NCBI GenBank assembly: GCA_041690135.1
Contig: JAWLHY010000011.1
Span: 224,001-288,000 of the forward strand
DNA length: 64,000 nt
Reading direction: 5' to 3'
Source of the DNA: Armatimonadota bacterium
Lineage (GTDB): Bacteria; Armatimonadota; SYMT01
Shown here: piece by piece, positions 1-9,609 of the stretch
How positions within the stretch are numbered: position 1 is the first letter of the stretch
Layout of the letters: each line of letters starts with the position of its first letter
Program-made: the position numbers and the translations under genes
The notes under the pieces: model-generated
Database searches by the model: none
What the model saw: only the letters and a program-made list of their open reading frames with translations
What the model was told of the DNA's origin: nothing

Positions 1-658
1 CGGCCGGGGCCAGTTCCGGATCCGGACGCGAGAGGAGGCCGAAGCCGCCCTCGAACAGCTCCAGGGCGAGCCCGGTCTGCTCGAGCAGCACGTCCCGTTC
101 GAACGAGAGCTCTCGCTGCTGGCGGTGCGGGGCCGCACCGGGGAGACGGCCTTCTATCCGCTGGTGGAGAACCACCACGAACAGGGAATCCTGCGGACCT
201 CCCTCGCCCCCGCCCCCGGTGTCACGCGCGACCTCCGGCTCCAGGCGGAGGGGCACGTCCGCCGGATGCTCCACGACCTCGACTACGTGGGCGTCCTGGC
301 GGTGGAGTTCTTCCTGGTGAACGGCACCCTCGTCGCCAACGAGATGGCGCCGCGCGTCCACAACTCCGGCCACTGGACGGAGGAAGGCGCCGAAACGAGC
401 CAGTTCGAGAACCACCTGCGCGCCATCGCCGGTCTCCCGCTCGGCTCCACGCGCCCGGTGGGGCACTCCGCCATGCTCAACCTGATCGGCACGGTCCCCG
501 AGCCGGACCGCATCCTGGCGGAACCGGGCGCGCACCTCCACCTCTACGGCAAACAGGGCCGCCCGGCGCGCAAGCTGGGGCACATCACCCTGCGGGCCTC
601 CCGCCGCGAGATCCTGGAGCAGCGCGTGTCCCGCGTCCGCGCCGCCCTGGGCGGGTGA
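1..658 (+). CDS. purK: N5-carboxyaminoimidazole ribonucleotide synthase (5'-truncated by window)
   Basis: Frame open from base 2 (GRGQFRI...LLEQHVPFERELS); ATP-grasp motifs GVLAVEFF, NEMAPRVHNSGHWT, SQFENHLRAI, HLYGK..RPARKLGH. Confidence 0.95.
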   Translation, partial: GRGQFRIRTREEAEAALEQLQGEPGLLEQHVPFERELSLLAVRGRTGETAFYPLVENHHEQGILRTSLAPAPGVTRDLRLQAEGHVRRMLHDLDYVGVLAVEFFLVNGTLVANEMAPRVHNSGHWTEEGAETSQFENHLRAIAGLPLGSTRPVGHSAMLNLIGTVPEPDRILAEPGAHLHLYGKQGRPARKLGHITLRASRREILEQRVSRVRAALGG

Positions 659-1314
659 AGACAAATTGCCCGGGTGCGGAGACGGAGCGGGAGTTCTGAA
701 GTACCAGTGGGCCACCTGGCATGCACGTCCCGATGGTCAACACCCGCTCTGGGCCATGGATCTTCCAGAGGACATTGCTTCTGGTGAACGGAGTAGCCTT
801 TGTCCTCGCACCGGGAGAAGTAGGGCGGATCGCTCCGTCACCGCCGGGCCTTGGACCTGTACCCGTCGTGCCGTGTGGGACTCCACCCACACCTGCCAAT
901 GCGGGCAGGGGGGTGCGAACTCCCAGACGCAGAGCGCGCAGAGAACAAGCCCCGGCGCATGCGTCGGGTACCCACAAAGTGGGTGATGGGAAGGGCGGCA
1001 GAACTCGGCTTCCACTCCCGGAGGTGGCGCCGCCCCTCCCGGGTTACGAACTGCGGCTCTGGGGGCGCCTATCCCGCAGGTAGCTCTCCATCGCCCGCCA
1101 GAGCCGGCTGCGGCTGATCTCCGCCTGCCGCTCCTCTCGTGGGGTGACGCTCGGGTGGATTGCTTTTTCCGGACAGGAGGGATGTCCGGAAGCAATTGCT
1201 TTTTGCGACCGGAGGCAACTGCTCTAATTCCCATTTCCGGCTCCCCACAGTGGCAAAAGGGGAGCCGAAGAGACTAGGCAGCAAGGAGGATTTGTGGCTA
1301 GAGTGCGGAAATTA

Positions 1315-1387
1315 CGCCCCCGGCGTGAATCGAACACGCGACCAATTGCTTAGAAGGCAACTGCTCTATCCGCTGAGCTACGGGGGC
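1315..1387 (-). tRNA. tRNA-Arg(TCT)
   Basis: Reverse complement GCCCCCG-TAGCTCAGCGGATAGAGCA-GTTGC-CTTCTAA-GCAAT-TGGTC-GCGTG-TTCGATT-CACGC-CGGGGGC-G folds as a cloverleaf; CCA not encoded. Confidence 0.96.
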
Positions 1388-1439
1388 CTATAGGGTGCCT
1401 CGGGCAACATTCCGTGCCGGGCCCGAAAACTCTCTCTGA

Positions 1440-1468
1440 AGGATAGCCCTACCGCCGGAAACCGTCAA
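1440..1468 (-). promoter_or_regulatory. sigma70-type promoter for tRNA-Arg
   Basis: TTGACG-N17-TATCCT on the minus strand about 50 nt upstream of the tRNA. Confidence 0.7.
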
Positions 1469-1564
1469 GCCGCCCGGGCACCTTCTGTGCCGGTGGCCGT
1501 GACCGCGAGTCCCTGTCGGGACCACCCCGCCCGCAGTCCCCCGGATGGGAAGGCCGGACTCGCG

Positions 1565-1594
1565 AAAAGGGCCTCACGGACTCCCGTGAGGCCC
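1565..1594 (-). terminator. Intrinsic terminator after the 1630..2154 gene
   Basis: GGGCCTCACGG/CCGTGAGGCCC 11-bp stem followed by TTTT on the minus strand. Confidence 0.75.
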
Positions 1595-1629
1595 AGAGCC
1601 AATCGTTTCTGTTCCGAATGCGCTACCTG

Positions 1630-2154
1630 TTAGCGTTTGCGGCGGTTGTTGGGCTTATCGTCCCGCTTGTTGCGAGCCCCGTCTCCGTCCCGGTCGCGGT
1701 CCCGGCTGTTGCGGATACCGTCTCGATCCAGGTCCCGGCTGCCCTTGGATGGAATGTTGGGGCGCTTGTCCTTCTGATTTCGCCGTCCGTCGCCATCGCG
1801 GTCCCGGTCGAGGCTGTTGCGGATGCCGTCTCGATCCAGGTCCCGGCTTCCCCGCGACGGAATGCTGGGATACTTGTCCTTCTGGTTACGCAGACCATCG
1901 CCGTCCCGGTCTCGATCCCGGCGATTGGGAATCCCGTCCCGATCCAGGTCCCAGCGCCGCTGTCCCCGGGTGTTGTACCAGAAGCCGTTGCGGAACTTCA
2001 GGCGTTGACCCCGGATGGTATACCACTGCCCGTTGCGGTACTGCACTCGACGGGACGGCGCCGCCTCCGCCGAAGAGGGAGCGACCATCACCGCACCGGC
2101 AATGAGGGCCGCGAGACCGAATATCTTAAAACTGCGCGTGAAACGCTGTGTCAT
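1630..2154 (-). CDS. Secreted Arg-rich protein with three DxDxDG (thrombospondin type-3-like) repeats
   Basis: Signal peptide (..LIAGAVMVAPSSAEA); 3x ~35-aa unit DLDRDGIxNxxDRDRDGDGxRNxxDxxP. Confidence 0.8.
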   Translation of the reverse strand: MTQRFTRSFKIFGLAALIAGAVMVAPSSAEAAPSRRVQYRNGQWYTIRGQRLKFRNGFWYNTRGQRRWDLDRDGIPNRRDRDRDGDGLRNQKDKYPSIPSRGSRDLDRDGIRNSLDRDRDGDGRRNQKDKRPNIPSKGSRDLDRDGIRNSRDRDRDGDGARNKRDDKPNNRRKR

Positions 2155-2452
2155 CTTCCTCTACCCTTATGAACGCACGCACTCTTGTGTTTTGGACGGC
2201 GGCAATTTCGTCGTCCGTCCTGGCAAGGTCCGTCTTCCGGCCTTCCTGGCAACCTTCCCCTGTGGGGGCCGTCGCTTGAAGGCAGGTGCCCTGCCAACGG
2301 TAAGACCTCTTCGCGCTCCTATACGTTCCCTGATCTTCCGAACCTCACGCATCCGGACTTAGTTCGAGAGGTATAGGAGAGGGCGGTAGCCCTGGACTCA
2401 TCCTATCGTTTACAATCCGGGAGAACTGCGACTTCTCCCGTCCCATGCGCCG

Positions 2453-3205
2453 ATGCCTACCCTCCTCGAACCTCTTTCACTGAACGCCTGGCCCGCCCTC
2501 GAAACGGAGGACCGCGATGGCTGGCGACTCTGCTTCGCCCACGGGTTCAGCCGCCGGGTGAACTCCGTCCAGCCGTTCTCCGCGCCTTCCGGCGAGTTGG
2601 AGGAGCGCCTCCGCTACTGCGAGAGATGGTATGCCGCGCGGGGTCGACCCACGTACTTCAAGCTGACCGTCGCCGCGCAGCCGTCGGACCTCGACGACTT
2701 CCTTGCCCGGCGCGGCTACGTCCGCGAGGCCCCGACCAGCGTCCAGACCCGAGAACTGGGCGAGGAGCCGCAGCCGGATCTCCCCGCCGGATACCAGTTC
2801 GCTGCGGGGAGTCGCGTGGATGCGGCCTGGGTGGAGCGGTACATGACGATGAACGGTTACGACCTCCGGCACCACCCCACGGCCGTCGCGATCATGCGCC
2901 GCATCCAGGCGCCCTGCCGCTACCTCTCGGTGCTGCGGGGGAATGAAACGGTGGCCGTGGGGCTGGCCGTCGCCGAGGCGGGATGGGTCGGCCTCTTCGA
3001 TATCGTCACGAGCCCCGAGTGCCGCGGCCAGGGTCTGGGCACCCAGGTCGTCCGGGAACTCCTCCGCTGGGGCCGGGAACACGGCGCCCGGCAGGCCTAC
3101 CTCCAGGTCATGCAGAACAACCTCCCCGCCCAACGCCTCTACGCCCGCCTCGGCTTCACCCCACGCTACGAGTACTGGTACCGCCGCGGCCCCCACCCCC
3201 GCTAG
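2453..3205 (+). CDS. GNAT family N-acetyltransferase
   Basis: DGWRL..HGFSRRVNSV N-domain; acetyl-CoA motif CRGQGLG; AYLQV..NLPAQRLYARLGF. Confidence 0.9.
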   Translation: MPTLLEPLSLNAWPALETEDRDGWRLCFAHGFSRRVNSVQPFSAPSGELEERLRYCERWYAARGRPTYFKLTVAAQPSDLDDFLARRGYVREAPTSVQTRELGEEPQPDLPAGYQFAAGSRVDAAWVERYMTMNGYDLRHHPTAVAIMRRIQAPCRYLSVLRGNETVAVGLAVAEAGWVGLFDIVTSPECRGQGLGTQVVRELLRWGREHGARQAYLQVMQNNLPAQRLYARLGFTPRYEYWYRRGPHPR

Positions 3206-3331
3206 GCTAAAGGAGGGTCCCCGCCCAAGAACCACGAACCGAACAACGATGTGCCTGGGGCGATCCACACAGCGAGAAAGCCGCGAGCCCAACGCTGGGA
3301 TACGACCTATGCGCCGCCATCGTGGGTACGA

Positions 3332-3410
3332 ACCGATAGCCCCTTCTCTGCGTCGGAGCCGGGCACCCTTTGGGTGGCGGGTACCCGCGGAGTGGGTGGC
3401 GGGATGAGGT
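3332..3410 (+). repeat. Dispersed intergenic hairpin repeat with two nested mini-elements
   Basis: ACCGATAGCCCCTTCTCTGCGTCGGAG...GATGAGGT, also at 5944-5992 and 62700-62796. Confidence 0.8.
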
Positions 3411-3621
3411 CCTCTGCAAAACCGCATTCACTCTGCTATACCCCTCAGTCGCAGAAACTGTGATGGGCATAATTCAGTACAGGTTGGCTCCAGTCCAGAT
3501 GAGTGTAAACCTTTCGTGTCTTTCGTTCTTTCGCGATTTCGTGTTAGCCCGCGCAGCGCCCGCACCCGTTTCGCATCACCACCAACCGTGAGCTGACCCA
3601 TCCCAACTCAAGCCCCAAACC

Positions 3622-3799
3622 TTCACGCATGACGCATTACGTCCCCACGTCCGAGGCAAAATCTCTGCCCGCGCAACCGCCTCGCACGTAAGCTTCACGA
3701 ATCACGAATTACGGATCACGCTACCACGTCCGAGGCACAATTCCTGCTCCCGCAGCCGCCTCGCACGTAAGCTTCACGTTTCACGTTTCACGTTTCACG
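3622..3799 (+). repeat. Two 54-bp direct repeats embedded in (TTTCACG)n-like heptamers
   Basis: CACGTCCGAGGC..GCCTCGCACGTAAGCTTCACG at 3646-3699 and 3725-3778. Confidence 0.8.
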
Positions 3800-3806
3800 C
3801 AACCCA

Positions 3807-5036
3807 ATGAAGCCGATCACCTATCTCCTGCCCCTTGCCCTTCTCCTCGTCGCGAGCCAGCCCCTGGCTTCCGCCCAGACCCCGTCCGCGGCGAAGCAAG
3901 ACCGCTGGGCGGCCATCGACCGCGCGGCCGAGGAGACCATCGCCTCCGGGAACGCCCCCGGGGTCGTCCTGGTGGTCGGCCACCGCGGAAAGATCGTCTA
4001 CCGGAAGGCGTTCGGGAACCGCAGTCTCCGCCCCGAGGCCCGGCCGATGACTGTCGATACCGTGTTCGATCTCGCCTCGCTCACCAAGGTCGTGGCCACC
4101 ACCAGTGCCGTGATGGCCCTGATGGAAGAGGGGAAGCTCCGGCCGGGAGATCCCGTCGTACGTTACTGGCCGGAGTTCGGCCAGGCCGGCAAGGAGAAGG
4201 TCACCATCCGGCAGCTCCTCACGCACACCTCCGGCCTCGGCGCCTACATCAACTTCTACCGGCGCTACGCCGACCCCACTCGCCCCGGCGTGCAGGACCA
4301 GCGCGAGAAGGTGCTCCAGGCCATCGCGGAGGTGGCCCCCACCTACCCGGCCGATACGAAGCAGGTCTACAGCGACCTGGGGTTCATCACCCTGGGGGAG
4401 ATCGTCCGGCGTGTCAGCGGGGAGCCCCTGGAAGAGTACGTGCGCCGGCGCATCTTCCTGCCGCTCGGCATGCGGGAGACGACCTATAATCCCCAGGGCC
4501 GGCTCAAAGAGCGGGCCGCCCCCACCACCCAGCGGGTGAACGGTTTCCTGCAGGGAGAGGTCCACGATGAGAATGCCGCCTGCTGCGCCGGGGTGGCTGG
4601 TCACGCGGGGCTCTTCAGCACCGCCGCCGACCTGAGCCGCTTTGCGCGGATGCTGCTAAGCAGCGATAACGGCGACCGCCGCCGCTACCCGCTTAGCCCG
4701 GCCACGGTACGCACGATGACCTCCCCGCAAACCCCGCCGGGGATCCGCCTGCGCGGCTTCGGGTGGGATATCGATTCGACCTATTCCCACGTCCGGGGCG
4801 ACCTGCTGCCCCGGGGCAGCTTTGGTCACACCGGCTTCACCGGGACGTATATCTGGGTGGACCCGTACAGCCAAAGTTTCATCATCGGCCTCTCCAACCG
4901 GGTGCATCCGGAGGGCAAAGGCAACGTATTACGACTCTGGTCCCAGGTGGCGAACATCGTCGCCGGAGAGGTGCGGCCTTACGCGCTCCCTCCTCGCGGC
5001 GCGGTTGCCGACATTCCTATGGGTGGAGCAAAATAG
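3807..5036 (+). CDS. Exported serine hydrolase, beta-lactamase family
   Basis: Signal peptide; FDLASLTK (SxxK), LLTHTSGL, YSDLGF, GHAGLFS, FGHTGFTG. Confidence 0.92.
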   Translation: MKPITYLLPLALLLVASQPLASAQTPSAAKQDRWAAIDRAAEETIASGNAPGVVLVVGHRGKIVYRKAFGNRSLRPEARPMTVDTVFDLASLTKVVATTSAVMALMEEGKLRPGDPVVRYWPEFGQAGKEKVTIRQLLTHTSGLGAYINFYRRYADPTRPGVQDQREKVLQAIAEVAPTYPADTKQVYSDLGFITLGEIVRRVSGEPLEEYVRRRIFLPLGMRETTYNPQGRLKERAAPTTQRVNGFLQGEVHDENAACCAGVAGHAGLFSTAADLSRFARMLLSSDNGDRRRYPLSPATVRTMTSPQTPPGIRLRGFGWDIDSTYSHVRGDLLPRGSFGHTGFTGTYIWVDPYSQSFIIGLSNRVHPEGKGNVLRLWSQVANIVAGEVRPYALPPRGAVADIPMGGAK

Positions 5037-5074
5037 GGCGGGACCCGGTCCCTTTCAGTTTCAAGGAGTATTGC

Positions 5075-5749
5075 ATGCGTAACCGATGGCACCTGGCAGC
5101 CCCCATGCTGGCGAGCTTGATGCTGCTTTCCGGCCCCGTAGCGGCGCAGTTCGGGACGGCTCCCGTCAACCCGTTCCCGGAAGACTCGCGGGGTAACCGC
5201 GGGTTCCAGATCAAGCGCAAGACCGTCCAGGGTTCGGTGAAGTCCACGGATGGCGAGAAGAAGCTGCTGGTCCTCAATGTCGGCGACGAGAAGGAGCCGA
5301 AGGAACTCCGGGTCGTGGTGGGCCCCTGCCGGATCTTCGCGGGCCCCGGCAGCGCCACCCTGGCCGACTTCAAGCCGGGCGACAAGCTGAAGGTCTATGG
5401 CGAGACCACCGTCCATGGCAACCTGCGGGCCATGGATATCTGGGCGCCGAAGGAGCGGATGTCGATCGCCCCGCCGGAAAAGCCGAAGAAGATCAAGCTC
5501 ACGCCGGAGCAGAAGAAGGCCAAGCGGGAAGCGGCCAAGGCCAAGCGCGCTGCGGATGAAGCCAAGCGCAAGGAAGAGGAAGCCGCCGCGAAGGCGAAGC
5601 GTGCTGAGGAGAAGGCCGCCATCAAGGCCCGGAAGGAAGCCCAGGAAGCCGCCCGCAAGGCCCGGAAGGCCAAGGCCGCCGAGGAAAAAGCCGCCGAGGA
5701 AAAGGCCGCCGAGGAAAAGGCCGAAGAAGAGAAGAGCGAGCAGCAGTAG
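5075..5749 (+). CDS. Exported hypothetical protein, OB-fold-like (DUF5666-like) domain with Lys/Ala/Glu-rich tail
   Basis: RBS AAGGAG; signal peptide; VQGSVKS...DFKPGDKLKVYG...A.DI pattern; low-complexity helical C-terminus. Confidence 0.75.
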   Translation: MRNRWHLAAPMLASLMLLSGPVAAQFGTAPVNPFPEDSRGNRGFQIKRKTVQGSVKSTDGEKKLLVLNVGDEKEPKELRVVVGPCRIFAGPGSATLADFKPGDKLKVYGETTVHGNLRAMDIWAPKERMSIAPPEKPKKIKLTPEQKKAKREAAKAKRAADEAKRKEEEAAAKAKRAEEKAAIKARKEAQEAARKARKAKAAEEKAAEEKAAEEKAEEEKSEQQ

Positions 5750-5943
5750 CGTCGCGTTCCTGACCTTCTCCTCTCCCAGGAAGTCGGAAGCCGTAACGGC
5801 ACCGCTCGTGCGGCACTGCAGCCGGTCTGGAGCGCCACCGATAAGCGTCGGCTCTACATACGGCACAGGCGGCGCGTCATGCAATTGACGGAACACTACC
5901 GTGTGTCGGGGCCTCTGACGAGCCAACCGCCGCACTGTTCCCC

Positions 5944-5992
5944 ACCGATAGCCCCCTTCTCTGCGTCGGAGAAGGGGGTGGGGGGATGAGGT
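5944..5992 (+). repeat. Dispersed hairpin repeat (uninterrupted copy)
   Basis: CCCCCTTCTC-TGCGTCG-GAGAAGGGGG perfect stem. Confidence 0.8.
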
Positions 5993-6409
5993 TGCTGTGG
6001 TAGTGCGTGGAAGGTTCCGCATCCATACTCACTCTGGGCAGACGCTCATATGCGTAAGCGAGATTCATCCCCTGGAGTAGCGCGGGCGAGGTCACACCCC
6101 CTGAACGAGCACCTGCCTGTTTCGCCTTCTCACCTCCATGGAACCCGTTCTGGCCTGTATGGCATCTGCCCCCATCCTTCGCGAGCAGATGCGAAAAGGG
6201 CAGAAGGGTATTCGCTTTCGGAAATAGAACCTTACCTGGGTTCGGAGCGCAACCCTGCCTGCCCGGCACCGTTTGCGGTGTTCCGGGGAGTGGGGAAGGC
6301 GGTCCTGCCGCGAACCTACACGCTTTACGTTTCACGCTGGCCCCACACGAGAGCCGCGCTGAAGCCAGCCGGCAGACGGTTTTTACGACAACCAAAGGAG
6401 ATGCCGATC

Positions 6410-7351
6410 ATGACGCGAAATGCGCTCATCTGGAGTGCAGCGGGAATCCTGACGGTGGGGGTGATTTCCTCCGCCTCGGCCCGCCCGAACTACCTGCAGG
6501 TGTTCAAGGGGCACTACAAGACGACCGAGGGCAAGCCGAAGCTCAACGCGGCTAACTGCGCCCTCTGTCACATCGGCCCCGCCAACCAGGGCAAGTGGAA
6601 CGCCTACGGCGAAGCCATGCGCCAGGCACTGGGCGCCAAGGGCGTTCAGGACCGCGCCAAGGTGGTCGCCTCCCTGGAGGCGGCCGGCAAGAAGCAGAAT
6701 GCCACGGCCAAGCAGACGTTCGCCGCCCTCATCGCGAAAGACACCTTCCCGGCGGCGGCCCAGGCCGGCGGTGGCGCCAGCCCGGCGGGTGGGGGTGCTC
6801 GCCCGGTGGCCCAGGCTGGTCGGCCCGGCCCCGCGCCCGTGGCCGGCGATTGGGAAGCCGTGTTCAACGGCGTCGACATGTCCGGCTGGACCAAGATGAA
6901 CGCCGGCAACTGGACGGTCGAGAACGGCCTGCTCAAGTACACCGGCGGCGGCAACGGCTGGCTGCGCACCAACAAGCAGTGGAAGGACTACTCCGCCGTG
7001 ATCGTGTGGCGGTTCGTCGAGCCGGGTCCCAACGACTCGGGTATCTTCCTCCGCGCCGGCCTGGAAGGCAACCCCTGGCCGCGCTCGCCACAGTTGAACA
7101 TGGGTCCTGGCCAGAACCTGGGCAGCATTGGCGGCACGCAGGGTTCCACGGCCCGCGCCGACCTGGTTAAGCCCACCGACTGGAACACCTATCAGGTGAC
7201 GGTGAACGACGGCGTCGCCACCCTCGCCATCAACGGCCAGAAGGCCTGGGATCGGGCGACGGGGATCGCGGACCAGCCGGGTCATCTGGGGATTCAGGCC
7301 GAAGGCCGCAAGATCGAAATCCAGGGCTTCTGGGTACGACCTCTCCGGTAG
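6410..7351 (+). CDS. Exported protein: N-terminal c-type heme domain fused to DUF1080 (3-keto-disaccharide hydrolase-like)
   Basis: RBS AAGGAG; signal peptide; CALCH..WNAYG; Gly/Ala/Pro linker; FNG.DMSGW, WTVENG, NDSGIFLR, WNTYQV, GHLGIQAEG. Confidence 0.85.
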   Translation: MTRNALIWSAAGILTVGVISSASARPNYLQVFKGHYKTTEGKPKLNAANCALCHIGPANQGKWNAYGEAMRQALGAKGVQDRAKVVASLEAAGKKQNATAKQTFAALIAKDTFPAAAQAGGGASPAGGGARPVAQAGRPGPAPVAGDWEAVFNGVDMSGWTKMNAGNWTVENGLLKYTGGGNGWLRTNKQWKDYSAVIVWRFVEPGPNDSGIFLRAGLEGNPWPRSPQLNMGPGQNLGSIGGTQGSTARADLVKPTDWNTYQVTVNDGVATLAINGQKAWDRATGIADQPGHLGIQAEGRKIEIQGFWVRPLR

Positions 7352-7453
7352 GGCCACCTTTCAAGGTAGCAGACCGGAACAGTGCGGATCGCCCTGCCCC
7401 CTGGGTAGGGCGATTTCGCGTACTGCGTGGGATCGTGGAGGACGATAGTAGGG

Positions 7454-8044
7454 ATGCGTCGAGAAAAACGGACCGGAACGCGAGGGAAACCGGCGGGCGG
7501 TGAGAAGAAGCCGGCCCAGAGCCCTCAAGAGCGAGCAGAGGCCATGATCGCGCGGCTCGAGGCGCGGGAGACGCACCTGGTTACGGCGGCGGAGGAACTG
7601 GACCGCCTCCAGGGCACGTTGGAGCGACTGGGTAGCCTGGAAGGTCTCCGCGAGCGGGTGGCCGAGTTGTGCGATGCCTGGTCCGACGTGAGCCTCCGGG
7701 GGGACACCGGCCAGGCCTGGCTGACACTGGTCGGCGCCTTCGATCTCAAAGAGCACGACTCCCGGGTAGTCGCCCTGGCGGAAGAGATGGGCGCACCGGT
7801 CGCCCTCCGCGCCCAGGCCTGCCGCGTGCTGGCCCGGCTCGGCGGCGAAGAGGCGGTGCTAAGTCTCGCCCGGGTCCTCCAATCTCGCTCCGACGCCCAG
7901 GTCCGGGTGGCCGCGGCGGAAGGCCTGGCGAGCCTCCGCGATCCCAGTGTGCGCCCGCTTCTGGAAAGCCTCCTGGAAGAAGACCTGCCTCGCCCCGTGT
8001 GGAGCGCCGTCAGCGAAACCGTGGATCGCCTCCCCAGAGGATGA
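7454..8044 (+). CDS. HEAT-repeat protein
   Basis: LRAQACRVLARLG, VRVAAAEGLASL repeats. Confidence 0.75.
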   Translation: MRREKRTGTRGKPAGGEKKPAQSPQERAEAMIARLEARETHLVTAAEELDRLQGTLERLGSLEGLRERVAELCDAWSDVSLRGDTGQAWLTLVGAFDLKEHDSRVVALAEEMGAPVALRAQACRVLARLGGEEAVLSLARVLQSRSDAQVRVAAAEGLASLRDPSVRPLLESLLEEDLPRPVWSAVSETVDRLPRG

Positions 8045-8200
8045 GGATAAGGACACGGATAAGGATAAAGAGGGCGGGACCCGCTTGCCCGACCGCTGAA
8101 TGCCCGACCGTCTGAATGAGGTTGTTGGTAAACTCGATCGCGGGCAGCATATTGATCGGCTGCAGTTGGACTGCAGCCGATCCCGGAGAACTTACCAACA

Positions 8201-8255
8201 ACACCCGAACACCCGAACATTTACCCCCCACAGGGGGGCCCGACCACCTGAACAC
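8201..8255 (+). repeat. Dispersed octamer-based repeat; inverted copy at 48194-48248
   Basis: ACACCCGAACACCCGAACATTTAC-CCCCACAGGGG-GCCCGA-CACC-GAACAC near-identical at both sites. Confidence 0.8.
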
Positions 8256-8325
8256 CAAACACCCTCCTGCCCCAAGCGGTTCGAATTACGCATTACGCAA
8301 TACGCATTACGTCCCCAACGCCCGA

Positions 8326-9597
8326 ATGCCTGAACACCTCACACCCGACCTCATCCTCGCCGGCCACCTGATCGACGGGACCGGCGCTCCTCCGCGCGAG
8401 CGGCAGGGGTTGCTGCTGCGGAACGGCGCCATCGAGGCGGTGATTCCGCAGGCGGATCTCACCCCGACCCAGCGGCAGGGCCGGTCCGTGCTGGATCTGG
8501 GGGACGCCACGGTGCTTCCGGGCCTCATCGACACGCACTGCCACGTTACCTTCAACGCGGGGCCAAACCACGATGTCGTCCGCCGCGGGGTCGTCGAGGA
8601 GAGCGATGCCCGCCTGGCGCTGCGGGCCATGGCCAATGCCCAGGCGCACCTCGCCCGGGGCGTGACCACGCTGCGCGACGTGGGCGGGCGCGGGTTCCTG
8701 ACCCTGGCCGTGCGGGACGCCGTGCGGGAGGGACTGGTGCTCGGTCCGCGCATGCAGGTCTCCGGCCCGGCGATCAGCACCACGCGCGGCCACCTCAACT
8801 ACCTGGGTGCGATCGCGAACAACGCCGAAGAAATGCGGCGGATGGCGACCGAAATCCTGGATGCCGGCGCCGACCTCGTCAAGCTCTGCGCCACCGGCGG
8901 GATCATGACCGCCGAGTCCGACCCGATCGGCTCCCAGTACACCACCGAGGAACTACGGGCGGCGGTCGAAGTCGCCGAGAGCCGCGACACACGGGTGGCC
9001 GCGCACGTGCTCGCCTCGGAGGCGCTGGTCCGGTGCGTCGAGGCCGGCGTCCACAGCATCGAGCACTGCATGTGGCAGGAAACCCCGGGCGCGTACCGGT
9101 TTCAGCCGGAAGTCGCGGCGGTGATGCGGGAGAAGGGCATCTTCGCGGGCCTCACCTTCGCGGGCCTGGGGCAGGCTCGTTACCTGGAGCAGAAGCTCGG
9201 GAAAGCGCCCCGGGAAGATATGGGCGTCTGGCGAGGCCGCATGGAGAGCCGCTACGCCGCGGAGCGGGAGATGGTGGCGTCCGGGGTCCGCTACGTGCTC
9301 CACAGCGACGCGGGCGTGCGCGAGACCCCCTTCGGCGCCTTCTGGCTCACCCTCGCCACCGCCTGTTTCGAGTTGCACCTCTCCCCGCTCCAGGCGATCG
9401 CCGCGACGACTTCCACGGCCGCCGCGCTGCTCGGCTGGGAAGACCGCGTGGGCACGCTGGCGCCGGGCAGGCGGGCGGACCTCCTGGTCGTGGAGCGGAA
9501 CGCCGCACAGGTGATCGAAGCACTCTCCGAACCCCGGATGGTCCTGCTCGACGGCCGCATCGTGGCCGAGAACGGCGTGCTGTACACGGAAAAGTGA
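8326..9597 (+). CDS. Metal-dependent amidohydrolase (prolidase/imidazolonepropionase-like)
   Basis: LPGLIDTHCH, GVTTLRDVG, VKLCATGG, VAAH, SIEH, SDAG, GTLAPGRRADL. Confidence 0.92.
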   Translation: MPEHLTPDLILAGHLIDGTGAPPRERQGLLLRNGAIEAVIPQADLTPTQRQGRSVLDLGDATVLPGLIDTHCHVTFNAGPNHDVVRRGVVEESDARLALRAMANAQAHLARGVTTLRDVGGRGFLTLAVRDAVREGLVLGPRMQVSGPAISTTRGHLNYLGAIANNAEEMRRMATEILDAGADLVKLCATGGIMTAESDPIGSQYTTEELRAAVEVAESRDTRVAAHVLASEALVRCVEAGVHSIEHCMWQETPGAYRFQPEVAAVMREKGIFAGLTFAGLGQARYLEQKLGKAPREDMGVWRGRMESRYAAEREMVASGVRYVLHSDAGVRETPFGAFWLTLATACFELHLSPLQAIAATTSTAAALLGWEDRVGTLAPGRRADLLVVERNAAQVIEALSEPRMVLLDGRIVAENGVLYTEK

Positions 9598-9609
9598 AAG
9601 GCAGTCCCC

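Noticed and set aside
660-1314. Island integrated at tRNA-Arg; ORFs 666..986 and 721..1083
   Set aside because: No integrase or duplicated tRNA 3' end seen; the ORFs run through repeat DNA and have no motifs
5480-5749. TolA or histone-like call for the Lys/Ala/Glu-rich tail
   Set aside because: Low-complexity similarity only; no TolA C-domain or tol-pal context
8116-8325. N-terminal extensions of ORF-track calls (8116, 6050, 4763, 48283, 44077, 33071)
   Set aside because: They translate intergenic or repeat DNA; downstream starts fit the RBS and family N-termini better
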